Below are positions 1 to 12,622 of a DNA stretch of 55,132 nt, one piece after another. The notes below the pieces were generated by a model, which was given only the letters and a program-made list of their open reading frames with translations, ran no database searches and was not told where the DNA came from. The position numbers and the translations under genes were made by a program. The number at the start of each line of letters is the position of its first letter. Positions within the stretch are counted from its first letter, which is position 1. Origin of the DNA: Thelocarpon superellum (lineage: Eukaryota); NCBI GenBank assembly GCA_026025795.1, contig JAPEUG010000001.1, positions 124,001 through 179,132 of the forward strand. Direction: 5' to 3'.

Positions 1-1760
1 AGCTAGACATCCTTATTAGCCTTCTTCTCGCTACAAGCCATAGGTCGCATACTCAAGCAAGCCATGTCAAACGCATGATCATCCCGAAAGTGAAAGTCTC
101 GGTAGAGTCCTCGATCGTAAAATTCCACCGTCACCGTGTAGTGTTCGTCTTGATCCACCGTCCACACGGCACCGATCAGATTTAAACCTGTGCAGGATTA
201 GTATGATCCCTATACACGACTCAGCCAGAAACACCTACACAGATACCTCCGGTTTCCTCTCCAAGGCGTACTACCCGGTTGGAAGGGGTGATGGATTTGT
301 GGCTGCCACGCGCCATATGTCGCCCGCCGTTTACCTCCCGCATGGTCCAGGTCATCCAGGTCACCAGTCGTCCGCTTTCCGTTCCCATTGATTCCGTTGG
401 TGTATCCGGCACCATCGTCGTCGCTTACGAACCCATCGTCATCTTCGTCATCCTCATTCATCAGGTCGGGACCCAGGATATCGTCGATGGAGTCAGGTGT
501 GCCTCGTCGTGGCCGTGGACGGCCGACTACCTTGTCTCCATGGATGGTGGGTGGCCGCGGACGTGCCGAACCATCTTCTTGCGGGTCATGGATGAAAGGC
601 GCGGGCTGGAGGCTCTTCTCCAGCAGCGAAGCACGCTCTGTGGGGACGAAACCAGGGAAAATGAAGAGCTCGCCGTCCGTATTGGTAAAGGATAAGATGT
701 TCTCGCTCGGATGCCAGGCCAGCGACATGACTTTGGGGTAATCATATCTGTGCGCTAATGAGCATCACAATGAGATTGTTGCCAAAGCACCTACCGGGCA
801 ACAATGGTCTGCGTCTTGGTCTCCCACAGCAGCACCTTGCGATCGTTACCAGCGCTGGCCAAGAGGGCCCCATTCGGAGACCAGGCCACCGCTGTGATAT
901 CGCCCATATGGCCCGTGGCAAACGCACGCTGCCACGCCCAGTCGGATCTCGACATGACCTGAATGTCTATCCGGTGTCAATGCGGATCCTGGGGGTGGGA
1001 TGACATAGTTCATACCTCGGGTCGACGTGGGTGCGGCAAATGCGCGGCCATCGGGGTGCCAGACCACGCGTGAGCTGATCTCGATATCGGTATCCAGGCT
1101 CCGAATGAGCCCATCCACCTTCTGGACGAGCTCCGGCTCGTCCTTGGTCACGTCGTAGACGTAGACCACGCCATCCGAGCCGGACGCGGCGAGATAGATA
1201 CCATTGGGATGGAAGGAGAGGTGCTTCGCAGGCTTGGGCAAGTCGCGGATGTACTTCACCTCCCTCATGTCCTGTGTGTTGACCATTTTGATGACAAGCT
1301 CACTGGACGACGTTAGTCCATGCGGCGGGCCGAGGGTGTGACGGGGCAGCTTACTCGCTGGCGACGGCAGCCCAGAGACCGTCGGGCGACAGGGCGACAT
1401 CCCGGACGGGGAGGGTACATCGTATGAGCACTTTGTCTAGCGAATTCGTCTCAAGAGAATAGAGGCACACCGTGCCATCTTCGGAGCCGGTGATGAAGAA
1501 GGCGTTGGTGGCAACGATGGCAGTGTTCGATTCCTGGGAGTCGTCTACGTTGACGGGTTCGCCATCGGAGCCGGTAGTGTAAATTCGGATGGCATTGTTT
1601 GATCCCGCCGTGATCAATCGTCGTCCATTCGGGGTATATGCGAGGTAGGTCAAGCCCGGTGTGTCTGCAGGCCCAAAGCTTAGCGGAGCTTCGGTGGATT
1701 TCGTTCGGGCATCTTACGAGCCGGCCGCCCTCTCAGCCGTTGCTGCGTGACCGTCGTCAT
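1..1760 (-). CDS. CTF4: Ctf4/Mcl1/SepB replisome WD40 protein (5' part; 3' end beyond the window start)
   Basis: ATG at 1760 (MTTVTQQRLRGRPAHTPGLTYLAYTPNG after splicing intron 1665-1717). N-terminal WD40 repeats (WHPDGRAFAAP, LAWHPSENILSFT), acidic linker, then HPFQPGSTPWRGNRRYLC and the TVTVEFYDR SepB-type motif. Five GT-AG introns visible. Confidence 0.93.
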
Positions 1761-1876
1761 AGCACGAGCAGGGGAGTCTCTACTGGAGGATAATGGGTCT
1801 AAAAGAGGCACCGTGACAGCAAAAGCATTGGTGTCGGTCAATGCGTGGTGGGGATGGACGACCAAGAGCCGGGGGG

Positions 1877-1976
1877 ACGCGCCGCAAAGCAGTTTCGCGT
1901 GCCTACGCGACTGGACTCTGCGGACTGACGGAGAGAGGCCGGTCACTACGGTGCGCGACAGGGCGCATGGCACGCG
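1877..1976. promoter_or_regulatory. Cluster of MCB/SCB-like CGCG boxes upstream of CTF4
   Basis: ACGCG at 1877, 1905 and 1972, plus TTTCGCGT at 1893-1900 (ACGCGAAA on minus), 120-215 bp upstream of the CTF4 ATG. Fits G1/S MBF regulation, but CGCG is frequent in this GC-rich DNA. Confidence 0.4.
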
Positions 1977-2315
1977 CTAAGGACAGTAGCTGTGCGGCCC
2001 CGGCACGTGACCTAGCATGGTAGTGAGGCGGCACAGGCCCTGAAGACTCCATTCTCTACAGTCAATCAATGGGCCCATCGCTACTGACCTCCCTACCCGA
2101 CCGTGCGAACGTTGCAACAGCACGCATGGAGGTCCGTACGCAACTTGAGACAAAAATGGAGAGACGGAGAGCAAATCTGGTGGGCATATGTACGGCCCGT
2201 AGCGGACAGGTGCGGTGGGTCTACAGATGAACAGAATGTACATGATGAAGTAGTAGAGGAGCAACGAGATGAAGAGTGGGGGAAGTGATTCAATGAAGAA
2301 ATTAGAGAGCCCAAG

Positions 2316-5079
2316 TCAATACTCGACCTTAAGCACCTTCTTCAGCGCCGTGCTCTCCTTTTCATAGCCCTCGATCTTCTCGTGCGCCGTGCGCAGTTTG
2401 CCCAGAAGCCATCGAACCCTCGCTTCGACCCCCTGGCCTGAGCCCGGCAAGCTCCCCAGCAGACCGAGCTCCGACTCATACTTCTCGATGCCCTGGGTCT
2501 CGAGCTTGATCAGGCTACTGAAGGTGGAGAGATCCAGTCGTGATCGCAAGACGTGGTCTTCCGTGAGAAGTCGAAAGGCTGCCGTGTAGACGGGCTTGCC
2601 GGGCCGAATGGCAAAGGGGCGTCCGTTGTTAGAATGGATGGTGATGAGCTCGGCCTGCTCCAATGCCTGGAGCACCGCCTCGCCATCGGTCTTGAACGTG
2701 TCGGAGAGGAGGATTTCGTTGTACCGAAGAGATTCGTGGGCCGCAAGCTCCTTCACTAACAGCCAGGCTTGCTCAGACGTCCACGCATGGCCGCCGCGGC
2801 CGATGTCGAGCAGATACATCTTGAGAATCTCCGAGGCACTCTGCTCGATGATCTCACGCACAGCCTCTGCCGTTTCGTCAGTACGACGCGCCGGGCACTC
2901 GCGGAGAGGACATACTCTTGGGCGTCTCGCCCGTCTTCATCCGTCGCGCGAGAAACTCGAGATCGGTCAGACGGCCGCCCAGGGCCTCGATGGTCTCGTC
3001 CAATTCGCCAAGATCGGACCGGCGCTGTGACGGCGTGAGCTTGCCCTCGCCGTCACCAACGTCTTCCACCTCTGCATCCAGATGCGTGATGACGAATCGT
3101 TTGGCCACCTCAGGTGTAAAGTCCCCCAAAGATATCTGGCGGAAGACGCGGTCAGGGAGGGCCTTGCTTAGAGATTTCGAAAAGGAGACGTCGTGCGTGA
3201 GGAAGATCACGTGCGCGATGTTGCTCGTCGTGAGCGCGGCCGCCCTGCCATACCGTCAGCCCCAGACTTTGCCACGAGCCTCGAATCCCCCACCATTCCG
3301 AAATTTTGTCGTAGACCAAGGCGCTCTCCTGGCTGCGGTGGAGGAAGTTATCGACGACGACGACCGGTCGTCGCTCCGGGTGGGCTTCCAGGTAGGTGTC
3401 ATCATCCAGGCTCGCGTCCTTGTCATCCTTCTTGCGACCCTCGAGGGCGATCTGTTTGAGAGCGGTCGCGGTGTTCTGCCAGATCTTGGCCAGTTGAGTG
3501 TCCAGGGTCTCGGAGAATCCTGCGCAGGTCGATCGGTGCGGTCAGTCTCCGGCACGGCCGCCATCACAGGAGGGAGGCAACAACGAACCAGTCTTGGTCC
3601 CGATCGTGCCTTGTGCAGCAAGATCAATCAAGCTGCTGACGCTGTTCATCCACGAGAAGACGGGTTTATATCCGACCGCCGCCGCCGCCGCGCCAATGGT
3701 GGCACTGTCACCCTTGGCCTCTTGGATGGGCTTGCAGTCGATCACAAGGGTATGGCGGCGGTTGTTGAGGGCCTGGTCGACGACCAGCTCCTTCTTGCCC
3801 GACCCCCGTGGGCCTTGCACGACGATGAAGGTGTCGGCGGTCTCCATCAGCCAAGTCTGGATCTGCTCAATATTATCCTTGCGATCCTCCCACAGGGCCT
3901 TCATCGACGCATCTTCGGCCTGACGTGAACGAAAGGCGAAGATGTCGGTAGCCTGAGCGCGAAACCATCGATAGATGCGACTCTGCTCCAAGTGAAAGGA
4001 GTGCTCCACGTGTGCCTTGATGAAGAACGTGCGGATGGGGTCGAAGATGGCGACCGTGACCGTGGCAAGGATGGCGGCGACGGCCGGGACGACAAATCGT
4101 GGGTGATTGACCAACCAATCCCAGATCCAGTGCGGCTTGGCTTTGCGCTCAAATGCAACCCGCAGCTCCGTTCCTACCGGCCCACCACCCTCGCTTTCGG
4201 GCACGTGGTAGCCGTGCATGCAGTTCTTGGCCATGATGGCATGTCGCATCCGTGCGAAATCGAGCAGGGCGAAGCGCGGCATGACCTTGGAATCGGTGGG
4301 CTGGACGACGATGTCGGCCAGCTTGCCGTATTGCCGAAAGGAGGCGTAGAGCTGCTCTTGAGAGAGCTCGGCCGCCGAGCCACCGGGAGCGGTGGGGACG
4401 AATTCGACGCGCAATCGCTGGCTCGGGAAGCGATAGAGGTCCTCGAGCCATGGTCGACCGCGGACGAGAAAGGTCCGGACGGGGTGTAGAGGATTGAACC
4501 AGGGTTTGATGGGCTTGCTCTTGAGATAGGCCTTCACCGTGCCTTCAATCTCCGCGGCGGTAATGCCGGCCGGGTGGGAGAACTTGACAAAGGCGCCGCC
4601 ATCGCGTGGACGGGGTAGGATCTCGTTGATGGCCAGCGGTATCTCGGGTGGGACGGCACGTTTGATGATGTTGATTGGGTCGATCGGTCCCACGTATTGA
4701 TTGTTGAGGCGTTTCATGAGCTCCGGCAAGGAATGTTCGGCGTGGATGGGGAGTCGAATCAGCCATTTCAACCTCACGGGAAACAAGTCTAGACAGAAGA
4801 TGAGCACCAACGGATTGACGGGGCCAGTCGAGCAGACACACTATCGAAGAAGAGGATTCCCTCATTTGGTCCGGCCTTGATATGACCGGTTTTCTTTTCA
4901 CCAGCCTCGGCGGTCTCGTAGCTCTTGGTCGAGTACCTGAGGCATCCAAGGGAGGGCCGACAGGCTGAGTGGGTCTTACCTCTCCAAGCCGGCTGATCTC
5001 GGCCAAGAGCGCGGGCACCAGAAGACACGCATCGTGCCCCGCGCCAGGGCACAAAGGGCTTTAGAGTGACCCCAAGCAT
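2316..5079 (-). CDS. YME2: Mitochondrial escape protein 2 (RRM + RNA12 P-loop domain)
   Basis: Basic presequence-like N-terminus, KTGHI..NEGILFFD, GRPWLEDL, RRM (LYASFRQYGKL), one TM segment, FIVVQGPRGSGK P-loop, LGGRLTDLEFLARR. Four canonical introns. Confidence 0.93.
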
Positions 5080-5174
5080 GCCCTCGACGTCGGCCAATTG
5101 TTCCGTTGCTGAACCTTTGTACCGCCTGTCCCACATCTCCTTTCCCAGCGGCCACGAAAAGCGCGGTTCGCTCG

Positions 5175-5193
5175 GTGACGTCGACGTCACGTG
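5175..5193. promoter_or_regulatory. Perfect 16-bp palindrome (CRE-like pair) overlapping a GTCACGTG E-box in the YME2/EMI1 divergent promoter
   Basis: GTGACGTCGACGTCAC at 5175-5190 is its own reverse complement; GTCACGTG at 5186-5193. Confidence 0.45.
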
Positions 5194-5330
5194 GACTCGT
5201 CTACAACGACGTGAGCTGAATTGCGTAGTTCGTCCCGGCCAGAAGGCTCACGCATGGATGGTGGTCGACTGCTGCCGTAGAAGTAGAGATTCATTCGTGT
5301 AAACATCCTCACCCTGCACCGCGCGCGAGA

Positions 5331-5918
5331 ATGGGCTTGGGCTTCTGGGCCCTTCCTGCAAAGGCTGGGGATTCTGTCTCCGCCCCGGAGGAGGCCACGA
5401 GCAAGTCCCTCTCGCCTTCCGACACGCAACATGCCGAAAAAAGCGTCCCTCGCAAGCTGTCGCGCGATGAGCAAGCCGAGCTCGAACTACAAGAATTCAT
5501 CGACCAAGTCTCGGCCGAGCCATCTCGGCCCTCGAATGTCTCTCCCACTGATGCCGCCTCCTCCCCGTCTCCCTCGTCCATCTCTCCCGACTCGCTCTTC
5601 CCCACCAGCATGTCCTGTCGACAAGCCTTTGACAGCGCCTTCTACTGCCAGTCCATGGGCGGTCAATTCAACAATGTCTATCGATATGGGGGCATCAAAG
5701 ACTGCAGCGAGCATTGGGGTGCCTTCTGGTTCTGTATGCGAACGAGAAGTTACAGCGACGAGGAGCGGGCCAAGAAGGTGCAAGATTTCTACCGTGGTCG
5801 AGCAGTAAAGTACAAGATCGGGCCAAGCAGCGAGGATGTGTGGGAGGTCAGAAGGGAGCCGGTCACTGGGGCATTCAACGCCGAGCTTGATGCCGTGGAG
5901 CAGAAGGATACTTCATAG
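5331..5918 (+). CDS. EMI1: Emi1/DUF3128-family twin CX9C protein
   Basis: Intronless 195-aa ORF with CRQAFDSAFYC and CSEHWGAFWFC (twin CX9C), GGQFNNVYRYG and GPSSEDVWE motifs. Confidence 0.85.
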   Translation: MGLGFWALPAKAGDSVSAPEEATSKSLSPSDTQHAEKSVPRKLSRDEQAELELQEFIDQVSAEPSRPSNVSPTDAASSPSPSSISPDSLFPTSMSCRQAFDSAFYCQSMGGQFNNVYRYGGIKDCSEHWGAFWFCMRTRSYSDEERAKKVQDFYRGRAVKYKIGPSSEDVWEVRREPVTGAFNAELDAVEQKDTS

Positions 5919-6186
5919 AGGTATTTTGTTGCGGCAAACGGCGTAAATATGTAGCCATACGCTTTGTACAGATACCGGCTGCCTGAACGATCGTTACTTT
6001 GGGTGTTCGCGCGCTCGAAGGCGGAAGATTTTGGAAGGTTCGGTTGACAGGCGCTGGGGCCCGGCGGCGTGGAACAGCTCACAACTCCCCTCATCATCGA
6101 CCGTATCGAGCGCCTCGGATTGAGAAAGTGTCCGGTGGATGATACTCCTCCTAGTGCAGCATATCTTGGCGTAGCACAGGACGTTC

Positions 6187-7153
6187 ATGAGCAAATCACT
6201 GTCCATCCGAACGTTTTGCTCCCGGCGCCAGGTCTCGGCCGTGGCCAGGCCTGGCGCATCTCTTCGTCTATCCTGTCGTCACCCCACGACACCCTCTCGT
6301 GCTCTTGCACAGTTGCAGACGGGACTACGTACGCTTCCCGATGTGTGGTTCACCAGCTTGGGGCCTTTGTCAGGCCCGGCAGAATCAACTGCGGAGCAGA
6401 AGCCGCCGCACGATGAGCGGACGTTGAAGCTTGGGAAAAGTACGTCTCCAATCTTGGTCTCGATTGTCTTCCCCCAGATGACTGATCTGCGTAGCCATTC
6501 GAATTTTACAATCCCGTCTGCCGACGTTGCTCCAGACGCCGCTGCCCCCGGAAATCCTCTCGCCGCAGATCACGCTGCATCTATTTCCCTCAACTCACCC
6601 GCACCTTCCGACCGTGAGCGGACGAGTGGCGTACCATGCGGCGCTCTGGACAGCACCTGTGGCTTGGGGGCGGGTGCCGATCGTGGACAACGTGAAGCTC
6701 AACATCCTCTCGGAGCGTATGGTCAAAAACGGCTCAAGCAGCTTGGGGGCAGCCTCACGGGCGGAGAAGCTGGTAGTCCGGTGGCGCACGCAGGGCAAAA
6801 CGCGAGGCAAAGGTATGGGCGCCTTCTATCGCGGCATCGGCGCGAACGAGCGAGTGGACAAGATTACGGAGTTCTTGGGCGGGGATGCCAGAGACGACGA
6901 GGAGTTTACCGGGTTGTTTGTCTTCGAGTTTGATGAAGAGGGACGCATCGTCAGTCACATCATCGAGCATGTCGAAGAGGGAGGGCATTGGGATAAGATG
7001 CGAGTGGTGACGGTTACAGATTGGTTACTGGGTAAATTTGGGGGAGATAAGGAGAAGGAGATCCCCGGCCTGGCGATGCCCTGCTGCAATGAGATCAGGG
7101 CTGTGTGGAGCGACGAACGAGAAGGAGGACGAGAGGGTTATGCTGGACGATGA
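6187..7153 (+). CDS. Conserved fungal protein, DUF2358/NTF2-like, probably mitochondrial
   Basis: Intron 6440-6493 joins ...PPHDERTLKLGK to TIRILQSRLPTLLQTPLPPEILSPQITLHLFPSTHPHLPTVSGRVAY. C-terminal FTGLFVFEFDEEGRIVSHIIEHVE resembles the end of an NTF2/SnoaL-like fold. Arg/Ser-rich N-terminus. Confidence 0.75.
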
Positions 7154-7785
7154 TGTCCGATGTGTCTTCTACCGGGCGTCTAGGGCGACTCTACTACATG
7201 ACTATCTTAGGTGATGGCGTTTACTTACTTTGTTTGATGCAAACGCTTTGAAGCATGGCTTACAACCGCTGGACACGGGTCTAACGTTCGGCCCCAGGCC
7301 CCAGACTGACCAACCTCAGCACCAGTCCATTAGATAGCTAGTTGGGAGGTCCTCGGTTCCGGAGAAGATAGGCCGGAGCACTCCCTCCTATATTGCCGCA
7401 GATGTCTTCCGTAGCACGGAGCCCCTCCTAACGCACAATGGACGTCTGCAATTTGACGGTATGGTCGGGCGTACGCATGCAGACTCCAATTCGGCGATCG
7501 TGACATTATCCCGCCATCGAATGGCACAGCGCGATGCTAACACAGACCCGGAACCATCCCGTAAGGATTTCCAAATGCTAATCAAAATCCTTACAACGTC
7601 AATGATCTGAATGTCTCCGAACATGTCATAAGTGGCCGGACGTGTAGTCGATGACAAATGTCCGTTCGTCACCTCGGAGACATAGGAGTTACGCTGGATG
7701 AGGTTCTGAAAGCTACAGCTTTAAAGCGAGCGTCTTCCCCTACAGCTTTCTTTACTGATATTCTAATGGAGAAAGAGCAAGAGCC

Positions 7786-8928
7786 ATGACGACCGAAGTA
7801 AGTGGATATGCATCTCAATGGGCAACATGTGCTAAAGCCCCAAGACCGCAGCAGCAGCACCGGTAGATGCGGACAGCGTTCGCAAGCAAGCATCGTCAGA
7901 TGGACGTTTCCACCGACAGAACTCACAATTCCGATCCTACGTCTCGAAGGATCCGTCGGCGGAATTCCCCGCCGAGAAGGATCGATATGTGCTATATCTC
8001 AACTACGGATGCCCGTGGGCACACCGCACCAATATTGTACGCAGCCTAAAGGGGCTGGAATCCATCATTCAGATGGTCGCCATGGACTTCATCCTCACGA
8101 CCGAGGGCTGGCTCTACACCGGGAACGGGGGCACCGCGGCCCAAGACCCCTTACACGGATTCAAGAAGCACAAGGACCTCTACTTGAAAGCCGACCCGAG
8201 CTACAAAGGCCGCTACACGGTGCCCGTGCTGTGGGACAAGAAGAAGGAGACAATCGTCAGCAACGAAAGCAGCGAGATCATCCGCATGTTCTTCACCGAA
8301 TTCGACGACCTGCTTGCGCCCGAGCTCCGCGAAGAGAATCGTCCAGCCGGCGGCTTTCTCCCGTCGCACCTCCTCGCCGACATCGACGCCATCAACGAGT
8401 GGATCTACGACACGGTCAACAACGGCGTTTACAAATGCGGCTTCGCGAGCACGCAGGAGGCGTACGAGGAGAACGTGCACCCGCTCTTCCAATCCCTCGA
8501 CCGTCTCGAGGCCCGGCTGGGTGGCCTGGACCACTCGCCTTATCTTTTCGGCGCTCACATCACCGAGGCTGACATCCGCCTCTTTCCCACCTTGATCCGC
8601 TTCGACGCCGCATATCACACCCTTTTCAAATGCAACCTCAGGATGATCCGCTACGACTACCCCAATCTACATGCCTGGCTGCGCCGTCTCTATTGGGACG
8701 ACGGCCCTGAGACAAAGTGGGGCGCGTTTCGGACGACGACGTATTTCGACCACGTGGGTTTTTCCCTTCCTTGCTCCAAGCTACCGTCTCTGGTGAGGTC
8801 CATGGAGAGTGACGCTGACGGTGACGGTGGGCAAATTCCAGATCAAAAAGGGTTATGCGGCCATTCTAAACCCGTCCATTGTCCCGGTTGGGCCGGTGCC
8901 TCATATTCTTCCTCTTCCTTCCGTGTGA
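7786..8928 (+). CDS. ECM4: Glutathionyl-hydroquinone reductase / omega(Xi)-class GST
   Basis: MTTE|TAAA via intron 7798-7844 (GTAAGT..CTAA..AAG). Motifs DGRFHRQNSQFRS, EFPAEKDRY, CPWAHR active site, YTVPVLWDKK, NESSEIIR, NNGVYKCGFA, TEADIRLF. Final intron 8754-8841, then IKKGY..VPVGPVPHILP*. Confidence 0.92.
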
Positions 8929-9172
8929 AGTACCCTACCTCTTCATCACGCCCGCGGGACGGTGGACCATCACTCATTGAATCATCCCAAGTGCTCGCCA
9001 ACCGCTTTCAAGTTTATGCAATGTAATAATAAACGCTATGACAGTATGACGGTCGGTAGGACGGTATATGGATAGGTACATGGATAGGCATATGATGGGC
9101 TGGAATGACCTCGTTCTGTTTCCTCCACTCCCACCACCATCTTACTTGGAGGCTCTCAAACGAAATCCTCAC

Positions 9173-11660
9173 TCACGCGGCCTCACCAAAAAGATAGTTC
9201 GCCTCGAGACAGTACCCGCCCGACGCGCCCTGCCGGCCCTCACTGGCCCAGCAGACAACAGCCGCGTCGACCACACCAGCCAGAACGCCCTCCATGGCGC
9301 CCAGCACGCCCCAGCCAATCGCCCCGGCGATGAGACCAACCACATACGCATACAGGCTGCCGCGCACGCCACTGGTGGCGCCATCGACGGCTAGCATGCG
9401 CGCGGTGCTGACCCATCCGCCGAATCCGAGGGCAATGGAGGTGAAGATCCGAGTGGCGTTGAGGAGCAGCTTGGCGAGACGATACGGGAGCAGTGGAGCC
9501 GAGGAGTGCGCATGTGAGGGCGAGAAGGCCCGCGGATGGAGAGTGGTGGTGGGCGAGGAGGGCGAGAGGAAGGTCATCTGGCTGAGGGCGCGCGCAGATA
9601 CCGAGAGTGGTTGCGAATGAATGGCCGCGTGGGTGAGAGTGAGAGGATTAGTCAGGGCCGCCACCGACGTGGGGACGAGTGAGTAGGCAAACAGACCCAC
9701 CAAGCCCGTGAGGCGGCGTGGTAACAGAAGGATCGGGAGGCGGACGAGGAGGGCGAGGAGGGTGGACAGGCAGATGGTGCCAAATTGCGTCGTCGTTGCA
9801 TGGCTGAGGGCGGCGAGCACGACCTGTCGTGATGACGGAGCCGGGATAGCCAGCCGGTGGAAGTACCACTGGCTGACGGTCGCGCCTGTCGCGGCTCGCT
9901 GGACCCCACTGCCGACGCCCAGAGTCCACAGGTACATGAGCACAAAGTAGACGCCCAGCCACCAGCTGCCGGTGTCGATGATAAAGAGGTTCTTCGAGGC
10001 GGAGAGATGACCGCCCAGGAAGACCCGAGTGAACATGCCCATCCAGATCCACGTCCAAGTCACCACGCCGACCAGGGCCCCAAGGCCGAGGCCGAGCAGA
10101 GCCGGGTTGGCCGCGAGGATCCGACACGCAAATTCGAGGATGCCGATGGCTTTGTCGAGCGAACGTCGTCCGCGGTACACCGTGTAGGTCCAGACGACCG
10201 CGGACGCGGCCGGAACAATGGACAACCATCGCATCGCCCGATCTTGGACACTCGACCCATCATACGCTCCTCGGAAGCTAGCGACAAATGGATAGATGGC
10301 AAACGAGATCAAGATCACGGGCGCCGCGACGAGGATGAGGTAGACGAGCGGTCGTACAAAAGTCCTCAACAATGAGAGCCAGAGCAGCGAAACGATGACC
10401 GCCACCAGTGTATCAATGGCGAGGAGATGAAAGGACGACGTCAAGGTCGTGTAGATGGTGTCTCCGAGAGGATGTTTGCGAGAGGGTGCGGATGTATGCA
10501 GGTATACGAGAAAGAAGCTCGCGAAGAGCGATGCGAGGCAGATCACGTATAGAGAAGCCCAGAACGAGTCGTGCTTCGGCGGCTCGAAGGTGGGGTAGGT
10601 CAGCGTAGGTGGGACCTTGAGCCGTCAGTCATGAGTTGAAGCGATTCTCCAAGAAACGTCTTACCGAAGAATCTTCCGAGCTACGACGCCCCGCCTTCCC
10701 AGCACCCTGGTCTCCAGTCGCGTGCTGGGCCAGATAGGGCGTCGTGTTGGCGAACCGAGGATCAGACGGAGGTGGAGGTTTCCGGAACTGCTGAAAGGCA
10801 GGGGGATCATCATCAGGAGGAATCTCGATGGCAAAGTCCGTGGGAGGAATCTACATGCATCTCTTGTGAGCATCGTCCGCGAGTAGTCTCATGGAATCGG
10901 CTTACCACGTCATCCCGCTCGAAGTCCGCACCTTCGTGAATGACCGAATCCAAGCCAATGTCCACCATCTTCCCCTTCCCGCGGCTACTGCTCACACTGA
11001 CGCCGTCGTGGCCATTCTCCGACTCCTCCTCGACCATCTCGATGCCCGTTCCTCGTTCTCGTCCGCCAGCTTTGTCGCCCCGCCAGCTGCTCTTGATGCC
11101 GCCCGTTCGCATGGAGCCTCGTTCGTCGGCATCGCGCCCGTCGCCCTCGGCGTCGAGGCCTGACTCTCGGCTCGTGCTCTCGTCAGCCTCCGATGAATCC
11201 TCCAGGTGGCTGGCACCAAACTGTCGGCGCGAACGCTGGAGCGCGTAGAAGTCGGCCACCTCTCGCTCGCGCTCCACCTCGTCATCTTCCTCTCGGAACT
11301 CGTCCGTGGCGCTGTAGAAGAGCGGGGCCGCAGCACTGTTGCGTGAGGCGAAAGGAAACTGCGCGAGCTGCGACGTGGTGACCTGATAAGGGTTCCCTAA
11401 CGTGGGTCGTTGCAGATATGATCTCGAGGCCGGGAAGCGTGTGGTCCCGGCGGGTCGCGTTCGCGGTCGGTCGGAGGGGTTACGCGTCGAGTCACTGGGG
11501 TTCTCTGGCTTGGGCTGCAGGAAGGAGATGCGGGACTGCGACTGGGCCAGGAAGCGGGAAGCATCTGTTGCTTTCTCTCAGCGATGCTCAACCATACCGA
11601 CACTACGTGGACGAGCGGCAGCCATCGGGTGGGACGGGGAGTCATACATTCAGAGAACAT
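9173..11660 (-). CDS. Choline transporter-like (CTL/PNS1 family) membrane protein
   Basis: MFSE|YASRFLAQSQSRI start, long hydrophilic N-terminus (EREVADFYALQRSRR), then a multi-TM domain with QRAATGATVSQWYFHR and TTQFGTICLS. Three introns. Confidence 0.85.
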
Positions 11661-12622
11661 GACGGCCTCGGGCCGCGATGAGGTCAGTGGTGCTGCCCAG
11701 GATCAAGATCGCGTCTTGCCTGGGTCGAGGAATACGGTTCGTGCGTGACGGAGCCGGGAGTGGATCAAGAGCATCCGACAAAGTCGACAGCGGTCCGCGG
11801 GGGTGGGGTGGCGGTCGAGCACGAGATAGGCAGACGTGCACGGGAACGTCGGTGACCAGGGTCGGAGGATACGGTTACGACCACAGTCACGGGTGGCGTT
11901 CCATCAACACCGCGACCACTGATGGCGACATCTACGTATACGGCCACACAAACGAGCAATTCGACTCGGACTCTGACGCTGTGTCAGACAGATAAACGGC
12001 GCGATGACTGAGCTGGGAGAAGTGCAGCAGAGCCCTTCGATGGTTGCCTCTTCTTCCCCAGAGGCACTCACACCGCACGCTCGCTTGGTGCAGTACGCTT
12101 GTTTCTATCAAGCGATACGTCTATTAGACGAGCCCATCACGCGGTGGTCACCGGAATTGGGCGGCGCGGCAGATCCAGGCCACTCAGTCCCACAGTGGCA
12201 CGAGATCTACGCACGAGGCCGCATTTAGGACAGTGCGAATGAAGGAACAAACCCGTCAAGACCTGCGACGAGATCGCGGGCTGAACTTGAACAAGAATCT
12301 CTTGATTAAAGTGACTCACGGCTAATGCTCTCCATCGCGAAATTGATCGAGTGCTATTCCAGCCGTCAGCCTGATCTCACTCCGCTACCCCACCAGGCCG
12401 ATCCTGCAGCCACCCAGTCAGGCCCATGACGCAGTGACATTCTAACCGACATCCCGGGTCTCCGGGGAACTTTCCCTCTGCTGTTATCCTTGTGTCCTTA
12501 CTCAGATTTACAGATCGACACTCATGCAACAGCGTCACCAACACATGCACTTTACCATCCTGCTCCCTCTTTTCTCGCCTGTGCAATCTAGAGCTTGTCG
12601 GCTTCGCCAATTTCTATTGTGA

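Noticed and set aside
2918..4489. Long plus-strand ORFs antisense to YME2 (and similar shadows over PMT2, EDE1 and tubulin)
   Set aside because: Shadow ORFs expected opposite GC-rich, codon-biased genes; no recognisable motifs.
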